A DNA stretch of 64,000 nucleotides from Octopus bimaculoides (GCF_001194135.2 NC_069002.1:13701580-13765579), one strand, 5' to 3'. Shown: positions 25,505 through 38,469, counted from the stretch's first letter. Numbers and translations: made by a program. Notes: generated by a model from the letters alone, not told the origin.

Positions 25505-26060
25505 TGTCTTTACAGCAAGCTACCACCCCTACTTTCACACAAAGTTTAAGGTCGGAAGTCTGAAATATATGTGAAAATAAAAAAGAAAAAAATATTAATA
25601 TCTGAAATCAGCACTGTCATTATCTTATTACTGTATTTCTGTTGAAACAACACACAGCTTTTGTTTCAATTAATCCTGAAAACAATGCAGAATTTAGTAA
25701 AACAACTTTGTCATTATTAGGCTGGTGTTTTGGAACATTAATTAACACGCAATTTTGATGGAAAGTTTTAATTTAGAACAATTTAAACTGGAACTTTGTA
25801 TCACAGAAACAAGGAGCAGTTTCAGGAAGGCTTGTATTAAAAGGGTTAACGTCTACTTTTCCATGCTTGTATGCATCAAACAGTATGTCGGGGGCAGAGT
25901 TTACTACGGCCAGATGTTTTTTCTACCATCAGCTCCAACTTGTTTTCAAGCAAGAGAATAATCTCCCAGAACAACAAATGACCTGGACAAACTTTTGTTG
26001 CGGACTGCAGGCAACTCCATCGTTTACAACCACTAAGCACATGAGGAGCATGAACACATA

Positions 26061-26886
26061 TATTGGGTTGTCCGGAAAGTTCATGCTGGTTTTTAGCCGT
26101 TCATGTTTCAACACGTTAAATTTATCGACACATATAATATGCTTACACTTCCAGTTCGTGCACACTTCAAACTGTCTCTTGAGAAAGAAAGCTTAAAATT
26201 ACTTTATTCGTGTCAATTTTACATCCCAATAAAAATGGAAGATTATCTGTGCATTTTAGACACTTGATGCTGTTTTATTACCATAAAGTCAAAAATGCCT
26301 AACAAGCAACAAAAAAGATATGTGCTGTGTATGGTGACAGTGCTTTAGTTGACAGAACTGTATGGAAGTGGTTCACTAAGTTTAAAGTTGGTGACTGTAG
26401 CCTTATTGATGAAGAATGCTGAAGCAGACTCCCCACTTCGGATGACAACCAAATCAAGACACTGATTGAGAATAACTTGCATTGCACAATGCGGGAATTG
26501 GCAGAAACACTAAATTTATCAAAATCCACCATCCGTGAGCACTTAGTGAAGCTTGGGTATTCAAATGGCTATGATCTTTGGGTACCACATGATCTGAATG
26601 AAAAGAATCTTTTGGATTGCATTTCTGTCAGTGATTTGCTGTATAAATGCAATGAAAATGCACCTTTTGAAGCAAATTGTGACAGGTGATGAGAAATGGA
26701 TCATTTACAACAATGTTCAGCAAAAATGATCCTGAGGTAAACAACATGAGCCACCATCTTTAGCCAACTCCAAAAGCAGGTCTTCATCCTAAGAAAGTCA
26801 TGCTCTGCATCTGGTGGGACTGGAAAGGAATCCTGTACTATGAGCTTCTGCCAAGTAACCAGTCAACTAATTCTGAGAAATACACA
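26061..26886 (+). mobile_element. Mariner transposase remnant (5' TIR, HTH, start of the DD34D domain)
   Basis: TA|TTGGGTTGTCCGGAAAGTT; MRELAETLNLSKSTI, WVPHDL, IVTGDEKW, HPKKVMLCIWWDWKGILYYELL; contains stops and frameshifts. Confidence 0.85.
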
Positions 26887-26940
26887 TGGACACTGGCTGT
26901 CAAATAGTGAATGGGAATGGGGGACAGACACGGATATATA

Positions 26941-27487
26941 CAAGGTTATTCAAAAAGTATGAATTGATTTCATTACGAAATGTTTTAATAAGGAAAAGCA
27001 ATAGAAAACTCCAGCTAAGTCACAAGTATTTGCTCACAATCAACTTTTATTTCCTGTCTTACAAATGTTCAAAGTGGCCACCACCTGCAGCACGGGCAGC
27101 ATCAATGCGAGAAGAAAATTCCTCCCTGATGCGTATCAGCATATCACAATCCACTGAGTTGATCACTGTTGTGTGACTTTTCTTGTGGGGGATATGTAAA
27201 AGATCATGTTTATGTTCCACTGCTAACCACTAACCTCGATGACCTTAAACATCGAATAACAACAGAGATCAATTCAGTGGATCGTGATATGCTGATACGC
27301 GTCTGGGAGGAATTTACCAACATTGATGTCGCCCGTGCTACAAGTGGTGGCCACAATGAACACTTGTGAGACAGGAAAAAGAAGTTGATTGTGAGTAAAT
27401 ACTTGTGACTTAGCTGGAGTTTTCTACTGCTTTTCCTTATTAAAATATTGGGTAATGAAATCGGTTCATTCTTTCTGAATAACCCTG
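26941..27487. mobile_element. Tc1/mariner-derived fold-back element
   Basis: TA TSD; about 230-bp inverted arms; carries transposase C-terminus CDF..GYVKDHVY...DRDMLIRVWEEF...GGHNEHL*. Confidence 0.8.
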
Positions 27488-28699
27488 TATATATATATAT
27501 ATATATATATATATGACAGGCTTCTTTCAGTTTCTGCCTACTAAATCCACTCTCAAGAATTTNNNNNNNNNNNNNNNNNNNNNNNNNNNNNNNNNNNNNN
27601 NNNNNNNNNNNNNNNNNNNNNNNNNNNNNNNNNNNNNNNNNNNNNNNNNNNNNNNNNNNNNNNNNNNNNNNNNNNNNNNNNNNNNNNNNNNNNNNNNNNN
27701 NNNNNNNNNNNNNNNNNNNNNNNNNNNNNNNNNNNNNNNNNNNNNNNNNNNNNNNNNNNNNNNNNNNNNNNNNNNNNNNNNNNNNNNNNNNNNNNNNNNN
27801 NNNNNNNNNNNNNNNNNNNNNNNNNNNNNNNNNNNNNNNNNNNNNNNNNNNNNNNNNNNNNNNNNNNNNNNNNNNNNNNNNNNNNNNNNTATATATATAT
27901 ATATATATGACAGGCTTCTTTCAGTTTCTGTCTACCAAATCCACTCACAAGGCTTTGTTTGGCCTGAGGCTACAGTAGAAAATACTTGCCCAAGGTGCCA
28001 CACAGTGGGACTAAACCCGGGACCACGTGGTTGGTAAGCAAGCTATTTATCACAGCCACTCCTGCGGCTATGCACACAGCCACTCCTGCGCCTATCTATA
28101 TATATAAAATTAATTTGTGTGTGTGTGCTTCTTTTTCGGATATATGAATCACTGACGTTATATATGGTGGGAGAGGAGGGTCTTTATGTCTATGTTTGTC
28201 CCACCCTCTCCGCTTGACAACTGGTGCTGATGTGTTTACGTCCCTGTAACTTAACAGTTCGGCAAAAGAACCGATAGAATTAGAACCAGGCTTAAAATAA
28301 GTACTGGGGTACATTCATTTGACTAAAAAAAAAAAAAAACGAAGGCAGTGCCCAAGCATGATTGCAGTTTCTATCAAGGCTTTGGTCAGCCAGGGGCTAT
28401 CATAGTAGACACTTGCCCAAGTTCCAAGCAGTCAGACTGAACCGAAAACTACAAGCGGCAAATCAGCAGACTCGTTAGTGCGAAGGACAAAATACCCAAA
28501 CAACAAAGGAGCAATTAAGGAAGATATTGAATAAAACAAGAATTTTTTCCACTTGTAGTGCCATTCTGTAAATCACAAATTATTATTTTTATTAACGTGT
28601 TTTTACAGGAAGAAAAGAAAGAAAAAACATTAAAAGTATAAATAGTTCAGATTGTCGAGAGAGAAAAAAAATCCTAACTACCTCACCAAAGAAAAAGAA

Positions 28700-28990
28700 A
28701 AAAAAAAGAGGGGTATGAAGCAGAAGATGGAAGGGCGGTTAGGAATGGGTTGTACACCCCAGAACAATTGGCGAGTTAAGGCGCGCCTCGCGTATATGAT
28801 TGCAAAAGGTGTTGCCGTGGAGAAAGGCCTAAGACACTCGCTGCAACAGCCATCCCATCACGCGGGGCTCATTTCTATAAACTTTATTGTCATTATGCAC
28901 AAGTCAAGTATTGTTATTTAATTAGCGACGTTAATATACCATATTTGATGACATAAACCGACGGGCATATAAGACGTACCCCAATTTCAG
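28700..28990 (-). promoter_or_regulatory. Putative promoter / 5' region of the EGF-7TM-RING gene
   Basis: CpG-rich non-repeat patch (ggcgcgcctcgcg, cacgcggggc) upstream of the first coding exon, where CpG-poor sequence gives way to CpG-richer sequence. Inference only. Confidence 0.3.
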
Positions 28991-29940
28991 CTGCACATAT
29001 TAAAAATTAAAAAAAGAGCTTTTAGTTCATTAAGGCATGTAGTATCTAAAACAACTTCGCATTGGGACCTGGGGTAATATTTTTGAAAAAAGTGTCTTAT
29101 ATGTCATCATTATAAGCTTTGTACATATAAGTAAAGATCGCCAATATGTGACATTGTTTCTCAAGACATTTTTTCGTAACTAGAACTGTAGCTTTTTCAG
29201 AACATTTTTTTACTATTGGCTTTATTTCCGTTCAATTGTTCAAGCTAGACATCAACTACATTTCTTCTAACTACGCATGAAGGAATCACTAACATTATGG
29301 ACCCAACCTCTCTTCCTCCGATTAATTTCTCAAATTATCGTGATAAAGACAGTATAATATTCGTCAGTTTTACAGTGATGTTATATCAGTGGAATTATAA
29401 AAGAGCTAGGCCTCTATGTGGTTGCTGGAATTATTAGAAAAAGCAGCAAAATCTCTCTCAAATCACAACGCTACAGTCTTAAACAAGTCTGAACACATTA
29501 TATAATTGTAGACCTAGATAGACTACATCTGGAAATAAGACTGGAACGTCTTTGATCGTAAGTCTACCCATTTAAAGAAGGCTTGCTGTTAAACAACAAT
29601 CATCTATTTAGAAATAAGTATATCGTCTCAAGCACCAAAAAAGTGAAACAGCGATCTTGTTCACCCTCATCTCAAGTTGTCCAAGAGCCTCCAATTGAGG
29701 CCTAAATTTACAGCTAGATTTAATACATATGGTTGAATTATATTTATTTATCCATAACCCACTCCGTGAAACTTGGATGATTATGAGATTAAGTGTTTTG
29801 ACTCGAGGCTCGTTATCCGACGAAACACTCATGGGACAAAAGTCTCTCACATCCTCAGCCCTCAACGTGTAAACAAGGATGTAATTCATTTGCTTAAATC
29901 TTTTTTCAACAAAACTTCATTTCTTCGAGAAAAATAATAA

Positions 29941-30588
29941 GGATCTTGTTCAAAACGGGGGCACCAGTTTTCATTTATGTTTTATGTAGTGTTTTTGGTA
30001 CCGAAAGACTTTCAAACTTCGTATACTTATCTATTTTGTGTTATAGAACAGAAAAAAAAATTTGTATTCGGATTTATTTCATGTAAAAAATTGTCTTATT
30101 TCGATAATTTCAACCAGTCACTGACAAGTATTCAGCTGTTTACACTTACTCCTTTGGCACTTTAAGCGGTGTAAAGCGTATTTAATCTCCATTACTTCTG
30201 ACATTTTGCAGAGGCAACACACGTGTGTTCGTTTTCCCTAACTGACTTGCTCCTTCCCTCAAAAACCATGCCTTGTGCCTATAATAGAAAGGTTTATTAG
30301 CTACTGCCAATATGCTTCAGCCATTTTTTGACAAGGAAATAATTTTATCACCACCGCGAATCGTTTGTTTACGTAGTCAGCACTTAATGTATATCGGCTG
30401 AAGGACGTCAGTCATTGGTTGAAATTACAGAAATACGACAACTTTAACATGAAATAACTTGCGATGTACGTTTTTTTGTTAAGAAGACTAAGAGAAAAAG
30501 ATGTTTTATATGACACATTCTACCAGTGTCCCAAGTTTCAAAGTGTTTCGTTAAAAAAATACTGGTGCCCCCGTTTTGAACAAGATCC
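29941..30588. mobile_element. Non-autonomous DNA transposon with perfect 27-bp TIRs
   Basis: GGATCTTGTTCAAAACGGGGGCACCAG at 29941-29967, reverse complement at 30562-30588; AATAA on both flanks. Confidence 0.75.
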
Positions 30589-31673
30589 AATAAGGAAAAT
30601 AATATCGTGTACTAGAATGGTTTCGAATTTTGACACAAGGCCAGCAATTTTAGTGGAGGAGTAAATAGATTACATCAACCCCAGTGTTCAACTGGTCCTT
30701 ATATTATCAACCCTAAAAGGAAGAAAAGCAAAATCGATCTCAGAGAAATTTAAACTCAAAATACAATGCAGTAGTAATAATAATAATGATTTCTTTAAAA
30801 AGCATTAATATATTACTCTTTCACTTTCTATAATTATACTAAACTGAAGATGAAATAGCGAAGGTAAAGAATACGCACACCACCTGTTGTTGGCGTTTAG
30901 GGTTACACCGAAAATGGGTGGTGTGCGTATATTTTACCTCCATCAGATTAAATTATTAATTAATACATTTCACTAATTTTTTTTTTATGATTTATACTTT
31001 TTGAAAATTTTAATTAATACATATTCAATGTTTTTGTTTCTTTAATTTCGGAGTATCTATCCTATTTTATATTTTAAACGCAGGTTGTTTTGTACAAAAG
31101 ACAATGGGTTTGTGGGCCATGAACTCTACACAACAATTACGAGAAACAATTGACTTTTTGGCTGTTTGTCCAATTTCCTAGTGACTAAACCATTTACACA
31201 CACCTCGAACATATATATATTTCAAAAATTTAACACACACACACGCATTAAAGTGTAAGTTTTCATTAAACGAAAAACATTATAGAAGCCCTAACAAAAT
31301 ATGAAACTGAAAAGATTCAACTACAAGATGATATGGGACTGAAAGGAGGGAGAGATTTTTTTTAAAAACAAAAGAAAATATCTTGCCTTATTGAAATATT
31401 TGAGCATGTATGGTGCTACTTTCCATGTTAACAAATACCTCGGTTTGATAACACTGGATTTATCTGTTCAGATAATTTAAATGTTCTCTGCATTTATAAA
31501 TAGACACGAGGTACAAAGTCCACTAGGCCTTCCAGCTGGTTTTCCATTTCGCTCTCTCTTTCACACACACAAATAATTTATTAAAATAGTCCACGAAAGT
31601 TCGAGATTACAGCTCAACGAAAAGAGTGCGCGTGTGTGTTTAAAATGCCTTAGAGTAGAACAAGTGTTTCAAT

Positions 31674-34085
31674 ATGCTAAAAGACCTAGAACAACCACAA
31701 AACATAAACAAACGCATAAAACTTCGAATCCCATTTTCTTGTGGACATTTTGTAACTGCTTTTCTCTATTTATGCTCCTACACTTTCAGCTAGCGAGGAA
31801 AATATTCATGTATTTTATAAGGAGCATAGAAGTATTCTGTCAGTCCCTTTGAATGAGAAGTTGGTTGTGCTAGGTGAGTTTAATGCACGTGTTGGTAGAG
31901 ACTATGGTGCTTGGAATGTACTTGGGCGTTACGGTATAGGAAAGGTGAACAACAATGAGTTGCTTCTACTACAAATGTGCTCTGAGCTTGGATTAGTTGT
32001 TGGGAATACTTTCTTTCATCATAAGTTGAAGCATAAAGTTACCTGGATTCACACAAGATCAAAGCAAGGTCACATGATCGACTTTGTATTGACTCGGAAG
32101 GCTGACTTACAAGATCTGCGCAGTCTCAGCGTATTACGAGGTGCTGATTGTGATACTGATTACAAAATGGTTACGACCAAGTTCAAATCCAGGGTCCGCA
32201 AGAAGATTCGTAGTGCAGGTGTATGAGTACCAAAGAAAATTGGTGTAGAGCAGCTAAAACAGCCACAAGTTTTGCAGTTATTTCAAGAGAGATGCATCAA
32301 TGTTCATTTTGAAGGTTCATGGCAATCTTTTCGAGATGGAATATATAAAATGGGACCAGAGGTGTTAGGTTTTAAAAGGAGACAGTACCGATTCCAATAA
32401 TACGGTGATAAATGAGCTTTTAGCAACAAAGAGGTCTACTCACGAAAAGCTTCTTGACCCAAACTTTAAGAAACAAGTGCAACTAGGAAATTTGTACAAA
32501 TCTCAGAAAGTAGACTTGCAAAAAGAACTCAGGAGGCTTAAAGACACTTGGTGGAGAAATTTGTCTGAGGAAGTACAGGCAGCCTATGACAGGAAAGACA
32601 TTAAAAATGTTTATAGTTTATTGCAGTAAGCTTTTGGACCGCAATCTTCATATGTTCCCTTGAAGTCATAATATGGAAATGAAGTTATTAAAGATCCTCC
32701 TGGAATAATGAATAGATGGAGAGAACACTTTGCAGATCTTTTCCATAATCCGTCTGTAGTGAACATGGACATCATAAACAACATTCCGCAGAGAGAGATA
32801 GTGCAACGATACACCTTCCATTGAAGAAGTAAATCTGGCATTATGTAAACTGAGATCAGGTAAAGCTCCTAGATTGGATGGCATTCCAGTTGAAATTATG
32901 AAAGCAGGTGGGGATTGTATTTCATCTGAAATTCATAGTCTGATGACTCGAGTTTGGAATGAATCTTCTGTGCCACAGGAATGGATAAAAGGCATCCTAA
33001 TCTCTCTATACAAGTATACATTCTAATCTTTCCACTGCATGTGTACATTTCGGACTCACAATTAGTCTTGGAAAAACCAAATAGAGAATAGAGAAGGGAA
33101 GTGTTGCATTTGGAAAGCTCGAAAAGCGAGTATGGGCGGTTACAGGTATTTCCCCGCAGACAAAAGAAAATCGGAACTGTAATCAACAGTGAATATTGGA
33201 TATGTATTATATGTGATCGTGTTCTGTTGTCAAAAGCAGGATACATGAATCATATGAAGTCACGTGAAAATCGAAATGACCAGGGAGATAATAATATTGG
33301 ACACCAACTGCCTCTTACGACTAGTATTATATATCACAAAACTTGTAAGACAATATATGATCTTAAAAGACATATGCTAGTTCTCAAAAACATTCCTTCA
33401 GGATCAGATTCCAAAGGACAAAGATATAGAACAGGGGTGGGGAAATTTTTAGTGCAGCAGGTAAAAAATTTTCAAAGAAAAAGGTCCGCGGGCGGATCAG
33501 AAGTTCTAACTCTTATATCTATGTATAATTCGAGATACATTAATAAAGATAAATTTAAGACATTAAATTAACGCGTAACATTTTCATTAACGCCACCACT
33601 GAATTTAGGACATTTATATTACTTATGAGGTATTCTATATTTTTCAGCTAGAGTTGGGTTTCAAGGGGGTGGTACAAACCTAGCAATATGTGTTTTAATA
33701 GCGAAAACAAAATTTCTATTCAAATGGCAATTACCGGACGATTTTCTGTTCGAATCTAACTGTTTTTAGTCGTAGTGGAAACGCGACCTATTATCGCAAA
33801 TAGGCATACGAATATTGTTTAAGTTTTATAATTGAAAATTTTACTATATTTTGTACATACAAGTATACCAGCCTGCGGGGGCACGGGGGTTTCCCCACCC
33901 CTTATATAGAAGAAACTTGAATAATATCTGCCACTAGTGTTTTATACCCTGTCAGTCAGCAGCTGGTCTTAAAAGTCATCTGAGGGCTCAGCAACAATGA
34001 TTGTGCTGTGTGAAGGGGGTGTGGTGTGTGTGTTGATGGGACGGTTATTTTCTGTCAAGATGAAGCAATCATCATATGTGTGTGC
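31674..34085 (+). mobile_element. RTE-clade LINE, 5'-truncated and internally deleted, with 40-bp TSD
   Basis: Endonuclease motifs YAPT, LGEFNARVG, NTFF, MIDFVL; GKAPRLDGIP; C-terminal zinc-finger remnants; direct repeat 31634-31673 / 34086-34125 with 1 mismatch. Confidence 0.82.
33432..33903. mobile_element. hAT-type MITE nested in the RTE LINE
   Basis: TIR CAGGGGTGGGGAA...TTCCCCACCCCTT; 8-bp TSD ATATAGAA at 33424-33431 and 33904-33911. Confidence 0.85.
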
Positions 34086-34582
34086 GTGTGTTTAAAATAC
34101 CTTAGAGTAGAACAAGTGTTTCAATTTATCGATTTTTTTTTTACTTTGAAAAAATACGGATATATTGAAACACTTACACAATTGTAATAGTCACCATCAT
34201 CATATACACAGGCATCCTCCTCCAAGCACTTACAGAAATTATAAAGTAATATCATTGATTTCGGGGCACAACGTATAATTCTGCCCTTACGAAAACTGGG
34301 TAAGTTTTTACAATTTTAAAGCCTAAAAAAAAAAAAAAAAGAAACCNNNNNNNNNNAAAGCCTAAAAAAAAAAAAAAAAGAAACCGAGCTGCACTTTTAA
34401 CTTCGCCCGCATCCACAACCTCCCCTCAAATTCCCCACCTTCTACATTCGTGTTCAACAGACATTGCTACTAAATATTATCAAGCAGTTCTCTCCATCAC
34501 ACTCGCCCTTCCATTCCTTTCAATTTATCATTTCCGTTTTCGCATTTGAACTCATATGAAAATTACTACTTGGTGATACATA

Positions 34583-34902
34583 GGCGTAGTGTGGTTGTAT
34601 GGTAAAGAAGCTTGCTTCCCAACCACATGGTTCCAGGTTCAGTCCCACTGCGTGACACTTTGGGCACGTGGCTTCTACTTTAGCCTCGGGCCGACCAAAG
34701 CCTTCTGAGTGAATTTGGTAGGCAGAAACTGAAAGAAGCCATCGTATGTGTGTGTCTTTGTGTCTGTGTTTGTCCCCCACCCCGCCATCGCTTGATAACT
34801 GATGCTGGTGGGTTCATGTCCCCGTAACTTAGCGATTCAGCAAAACGTGGCCGATAGTATAAGTACTAGGCTTACAAAGAATAAATCCAGGAGGTCGACT
34901 TC
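34583..34902 (+). mobile_element. SINE family B, CpG-retaining copy cut off by a gap
   Basis: Family B consensus with intact gcctcgggccgacc. Confidence 0.78.
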
Positions 34903-37277
34903 NNNNNNNNNNNNNNNNNNNNNNNNNNNNNNNNNNNNNNNNNNNNNNNNNNNNNNNNNNNNNNNNNNNNNNNNNNNNNNNNNNNNNNNNNNNNNNNNNN
35001 NNNNNNNNNNNNNNNNNNNNNNNNNNNNNNNNNNNNNNNNNNNNNNNNNNNNNNNNNNNNNNNNNNNNNNNNNNNNNNNNNNNNNNNNNNNNNNNNNNNN
35101 NNNNNNNNNNNNNNNNNNNNNNNNNNNNNNNNNNNNNNNNNNNNNNNNNNNNNNNNNNNNNNNNNNNNNNNNNNNNNNNNNNNNNNNNNNNNNNNNNNNN
35201 NNNNNNNNNNNNNNNNNNNNNNNNNNNNNNNNNNNNNNNNNNNNNNNNNNNNNNNNNNNNNNNNNNNNNNNNNNNNNNNNNNNNNNNNNNNNNNNNNNNN
35301 NNNNNNNNNNNNNNNNNNNNNNNNNNNNNNNNNNNNNNNNNNNNNNNNNNNNNNNNNNNNNNNNNNNNNNNNNNNNNNNNNNNNNNNNNNNNNNNNNNNN
35401 NNNNNNNNNNNNNNNNNNNNNNNNNNNNNNNNNNNNNNNNNNNNNNNNNNNNNNNNNNNNNNNNNNNNNNNNNNNNNNNNNNNNNNNNNNNNNNNNNNNN
35501 NNNNNNNNNNNNNNNNNNNNNNNNNNNNNNNNNNNNNNNNNNNNNNNNNNNNNNNNNNNNNNNNNNNNNNNNNNNNNNNNNNNNNNNNNNNNNNNNNNNN
35601 NNNNNNNNNNNNNNNNNNNNNNNNNNNNNNNNNNNNNNNNNNNNNNNNNNNNNNNNNNNNNNNNNNNNNNNNNNNNNNNNNNNNNNNNNNNNNNNNNNNN
35701 NNNNNNNNNNNNNNNNNNNNNNNNNNNNNNNNNNNNNNNNNNNNNNNNNNNNNNNNNNNNNNNNNNNNNNNNNNNNNNNNNNNNNNNNNNNNNNNNNNNN
35801 NNNNNNNNNNNNNNNNNNNNNNNNNNNNNNNNNNNNNNNNNNNNNNNNNNNNNNNNNNNNNNNNNNNNNNNNNNNNNNNTTCCAATAATGTGTTACCCCT
35901 TTTTACATAATGGATCAAGCGGTCTAGTAAACTTAAATATTCGGAGGGTGGAATATATCCCAAAGAACACAACCTTTTTATTGTATCCAATGGATTAAGA
36001 TGTGATAGCTGTCTTCGGGATATATTCTTTTCTACTCTAGGCCCGAAATTTTTGGAGAGGGGGCCAGTCGATTAGATCGACTCTAGTACGCAACTACTAT
36101 TTAATTTATCGACCCCCGAAAGAATGAAAGGCAAAGTCGACCTCGGTGGAATTTGAACTCAGAACATAAAGACAGATGAATGTCATCGGTATATATTATC
36201 TTAGAACTTTGACGGGGTCGGGCTAAACATAATTAGAGAGAGAGAGAGGAAGAGAGAGTATAAAAGTTAGCAGGTATCCTTCATTTGTGAATGACTATGA
36301 CGTAGTAGCGTGTACTATGCTTTCTCTTACTGTTTTCGGTGTCTGTGTGGTCGCGACAGAACACTGTTCTTGGCACTCCCGCCTTTGACACAGATGAACA
36401 TCGTGGACGTATCTGCTGGAGGCGGGAATGAGAACTGTACTAGCAGCAGTTAGCTGGTACTCATTTTCAGGTGACGAGATTGGAGCAACGTGAAATTGTG
36501 TTCTCTGCTCAAAGACAGCACACTACTCGTCCAGGAACCGAACCCACAACTTAATGGTCATGAAGTAAAGATCTTCATAATTCAGCCACGCGCTTTCATG
36601 TTATGAGATGTATAATATACGCTATATACAGAGAGACAGAGAGAACAGAAATTGATATGGAACAAGTTGCACAGAGACACAGCAAAGAATTTTACGGGGA
36701 AAATGAACGTAAATGGACACAACTTCAGTAAAACTTTTCATCAGTTATCGACCGGATGTCACCACAATTTCAACACCGTTTAATAATACTGTTCAATCCG
36801 GCGGTATCGTAAGCTTAGAAGATGCCAAGTTATAAGACGAATACAGACGAAAATAAATCAAAGATAGAAAACCTGTAGATATTGGTATAAAACTGGTCAA
36901 TGTTTTTGTGAACATATATTATCAGTTTAATTTATAGGAAATTATGATTATTTGTTACTCAGACACTCCTAAATAATCATATCTACTTTCACATATCTTG
37001 GGGGCAAATAAGTGAAATTGATCCAATCATATTCTGTACTTTTCTATTATATACTTCCTTCTATGCCACACCGGACACTCCTTTACGAAGATTTTTAAAT
37101 AGTTGACTAATCAATAAACCGACATTACACCCCATTACTTATAAGTGTGCGGTTATGCACACCCATCCACCTGTGTGTGTACACACACGCACACACAAAC
37201 TCCTTAAATTAGCATGCGTTTTTGTTCTTTAATCAAAAATATCCGAATGTTTGTGTGCGTGCTTAGTTGTGTGAAGG

Positions 37278-37592
37278 TGCGTGGCTTAGTGGTTAGGTAA
37301 TTCGGCTTACAATCTTCAGGTCATGAGTTCGATTCCCGGCAGCGCGTTATGTCCTTGAGCAAGACGTTTTAATTCACGTTGGTCCTGTCCACTCGACAAA
37401 ATTGAGTTGTATCTGTATTTCAAAAGGCCAGCCTTGTCATATTTCGTGTCACGCTGAATCTCCCTGAGGGCTACGTTAAGAGTACGCGTGTCTATGGGGT
37501 GCTCAGCCACTTGCACGTTAATTTCACGAGCAGGCTGCTCTGTTAATCAGATCAACTGGAAGACTTGTGGTCGTAGCCGACGGGGTACCAGC
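37278..37592 (+). mobile_element. tRNA-derived SINE family C copy
   Basis: TGGCTTAGTGG and GAGTTCGATTCC boxes, same tail as the 6680 copy. Confidence 0.75.
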
Positions 37593-38059
37593 GTGTGTAG
37601 TAATAGGCATTCTTCTGGTCAATCACTAATCAAAGTTTAACGTCATTCACAAATTGATCCAACATTTGACTTTCGTTTTATTTCCTGAAAGATCTTATGT
37701 GCTATCTCCTGGCAGGTGGATCAGTTAAAGGGTTCGATTAAAATGCCCTGCAGTATCTATTCTCGCTCTTGAGTCTTCTGGCAACAATGCATACAGGGAC
37801 ACAGGTGCCAAACTATATCGGCTGAAGTTGGTGGCCTTTCCCTTCGATAAATATTANNNNNNNNNNNNNNNNNNNNNNNNNNNNNNNNNNNNNNNNNNNN
37901 NNNNNNNNNNNNNNNNNNNNNNNNNNNNNNNNNNNNNNNNNNNNNNNNNNNNNNNNNNNNNNNNNNNNNNNNNNNNNNNNNNNNNNNNNNNNNNNNNNNN
38001 NNNNNNNNNNNNNNNNNNNNNNNNNNCTGTATAGTTAACTGAACCCCACACATTTTTTT

Positions 38060-38450
38060 TTACATTAGGCTCCCGCCTCGCATGCATAAAGAGGTGAACG
38101 GTCAACCTTGACTAATGATGTTTCTTATATTAGTAGGATGAAACCTGTTTATACAGGAGGGATCGAACAAATTCGTCTGGTTGGTAGAGTTTGAGAGAGA
38201 AAAACCAGTCAGAGTAGTGTTAGGTGGAGTATGAACTGTGATTTCAGTGAAGTGCATTCTTTGTCCATTCTGAAGGTGGACTGTTAGGTTGACCACTGTC
38301 AGATGGCGTTGCTAGATGCTAAATTCAAGGAGATTCTCTAGATTTGTTCATAACAGGAGATCCACCGAACTGTACGATATCTTTTGATCACTGCCATTTC
38401 ACCACCACTGGACTCAGCATCAGTAAGCAAATGCGGCCACGTTGCTGTGA
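38060..38450 (-). mobile_element. Helitron Rep/helicase remnant
   Basis: ...LEFSI*QRHLTVVNLTVHLQNGQRMHFTE...PPNTTLTGF resembles the Helitron motif HPTVVHLAVHLENGQRVYF. Confidence 0.65.
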
Positions 38451-38469
38451 TTGTTGATATAAAATAAAA

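Noticed and set aside
26477-26689. Mariner ORF as an active transposase
   Set aside because: Multiple stops and frameshifts, truncated before the third catalytic Asp.
34318-34385. Short direct repeat aaagcct(a)n gaaacc
   Set aside because: Flanks a 10-N gap; scaffolding artefact.
34802-35998. Long ORFs of 200-400 aa here and at 27513-28037, 46584-47547, 49382-50297 and 56138-56770
   Set aside because: Made almost entirely of X from N gaps; artefacts.
36377-36427. Small GC-rich hairpin (TCCCGCCT...AGGCGGGA)
   Set aside because: Short, bulged stem with no recognisable ncRNA motif; compatible with chance.
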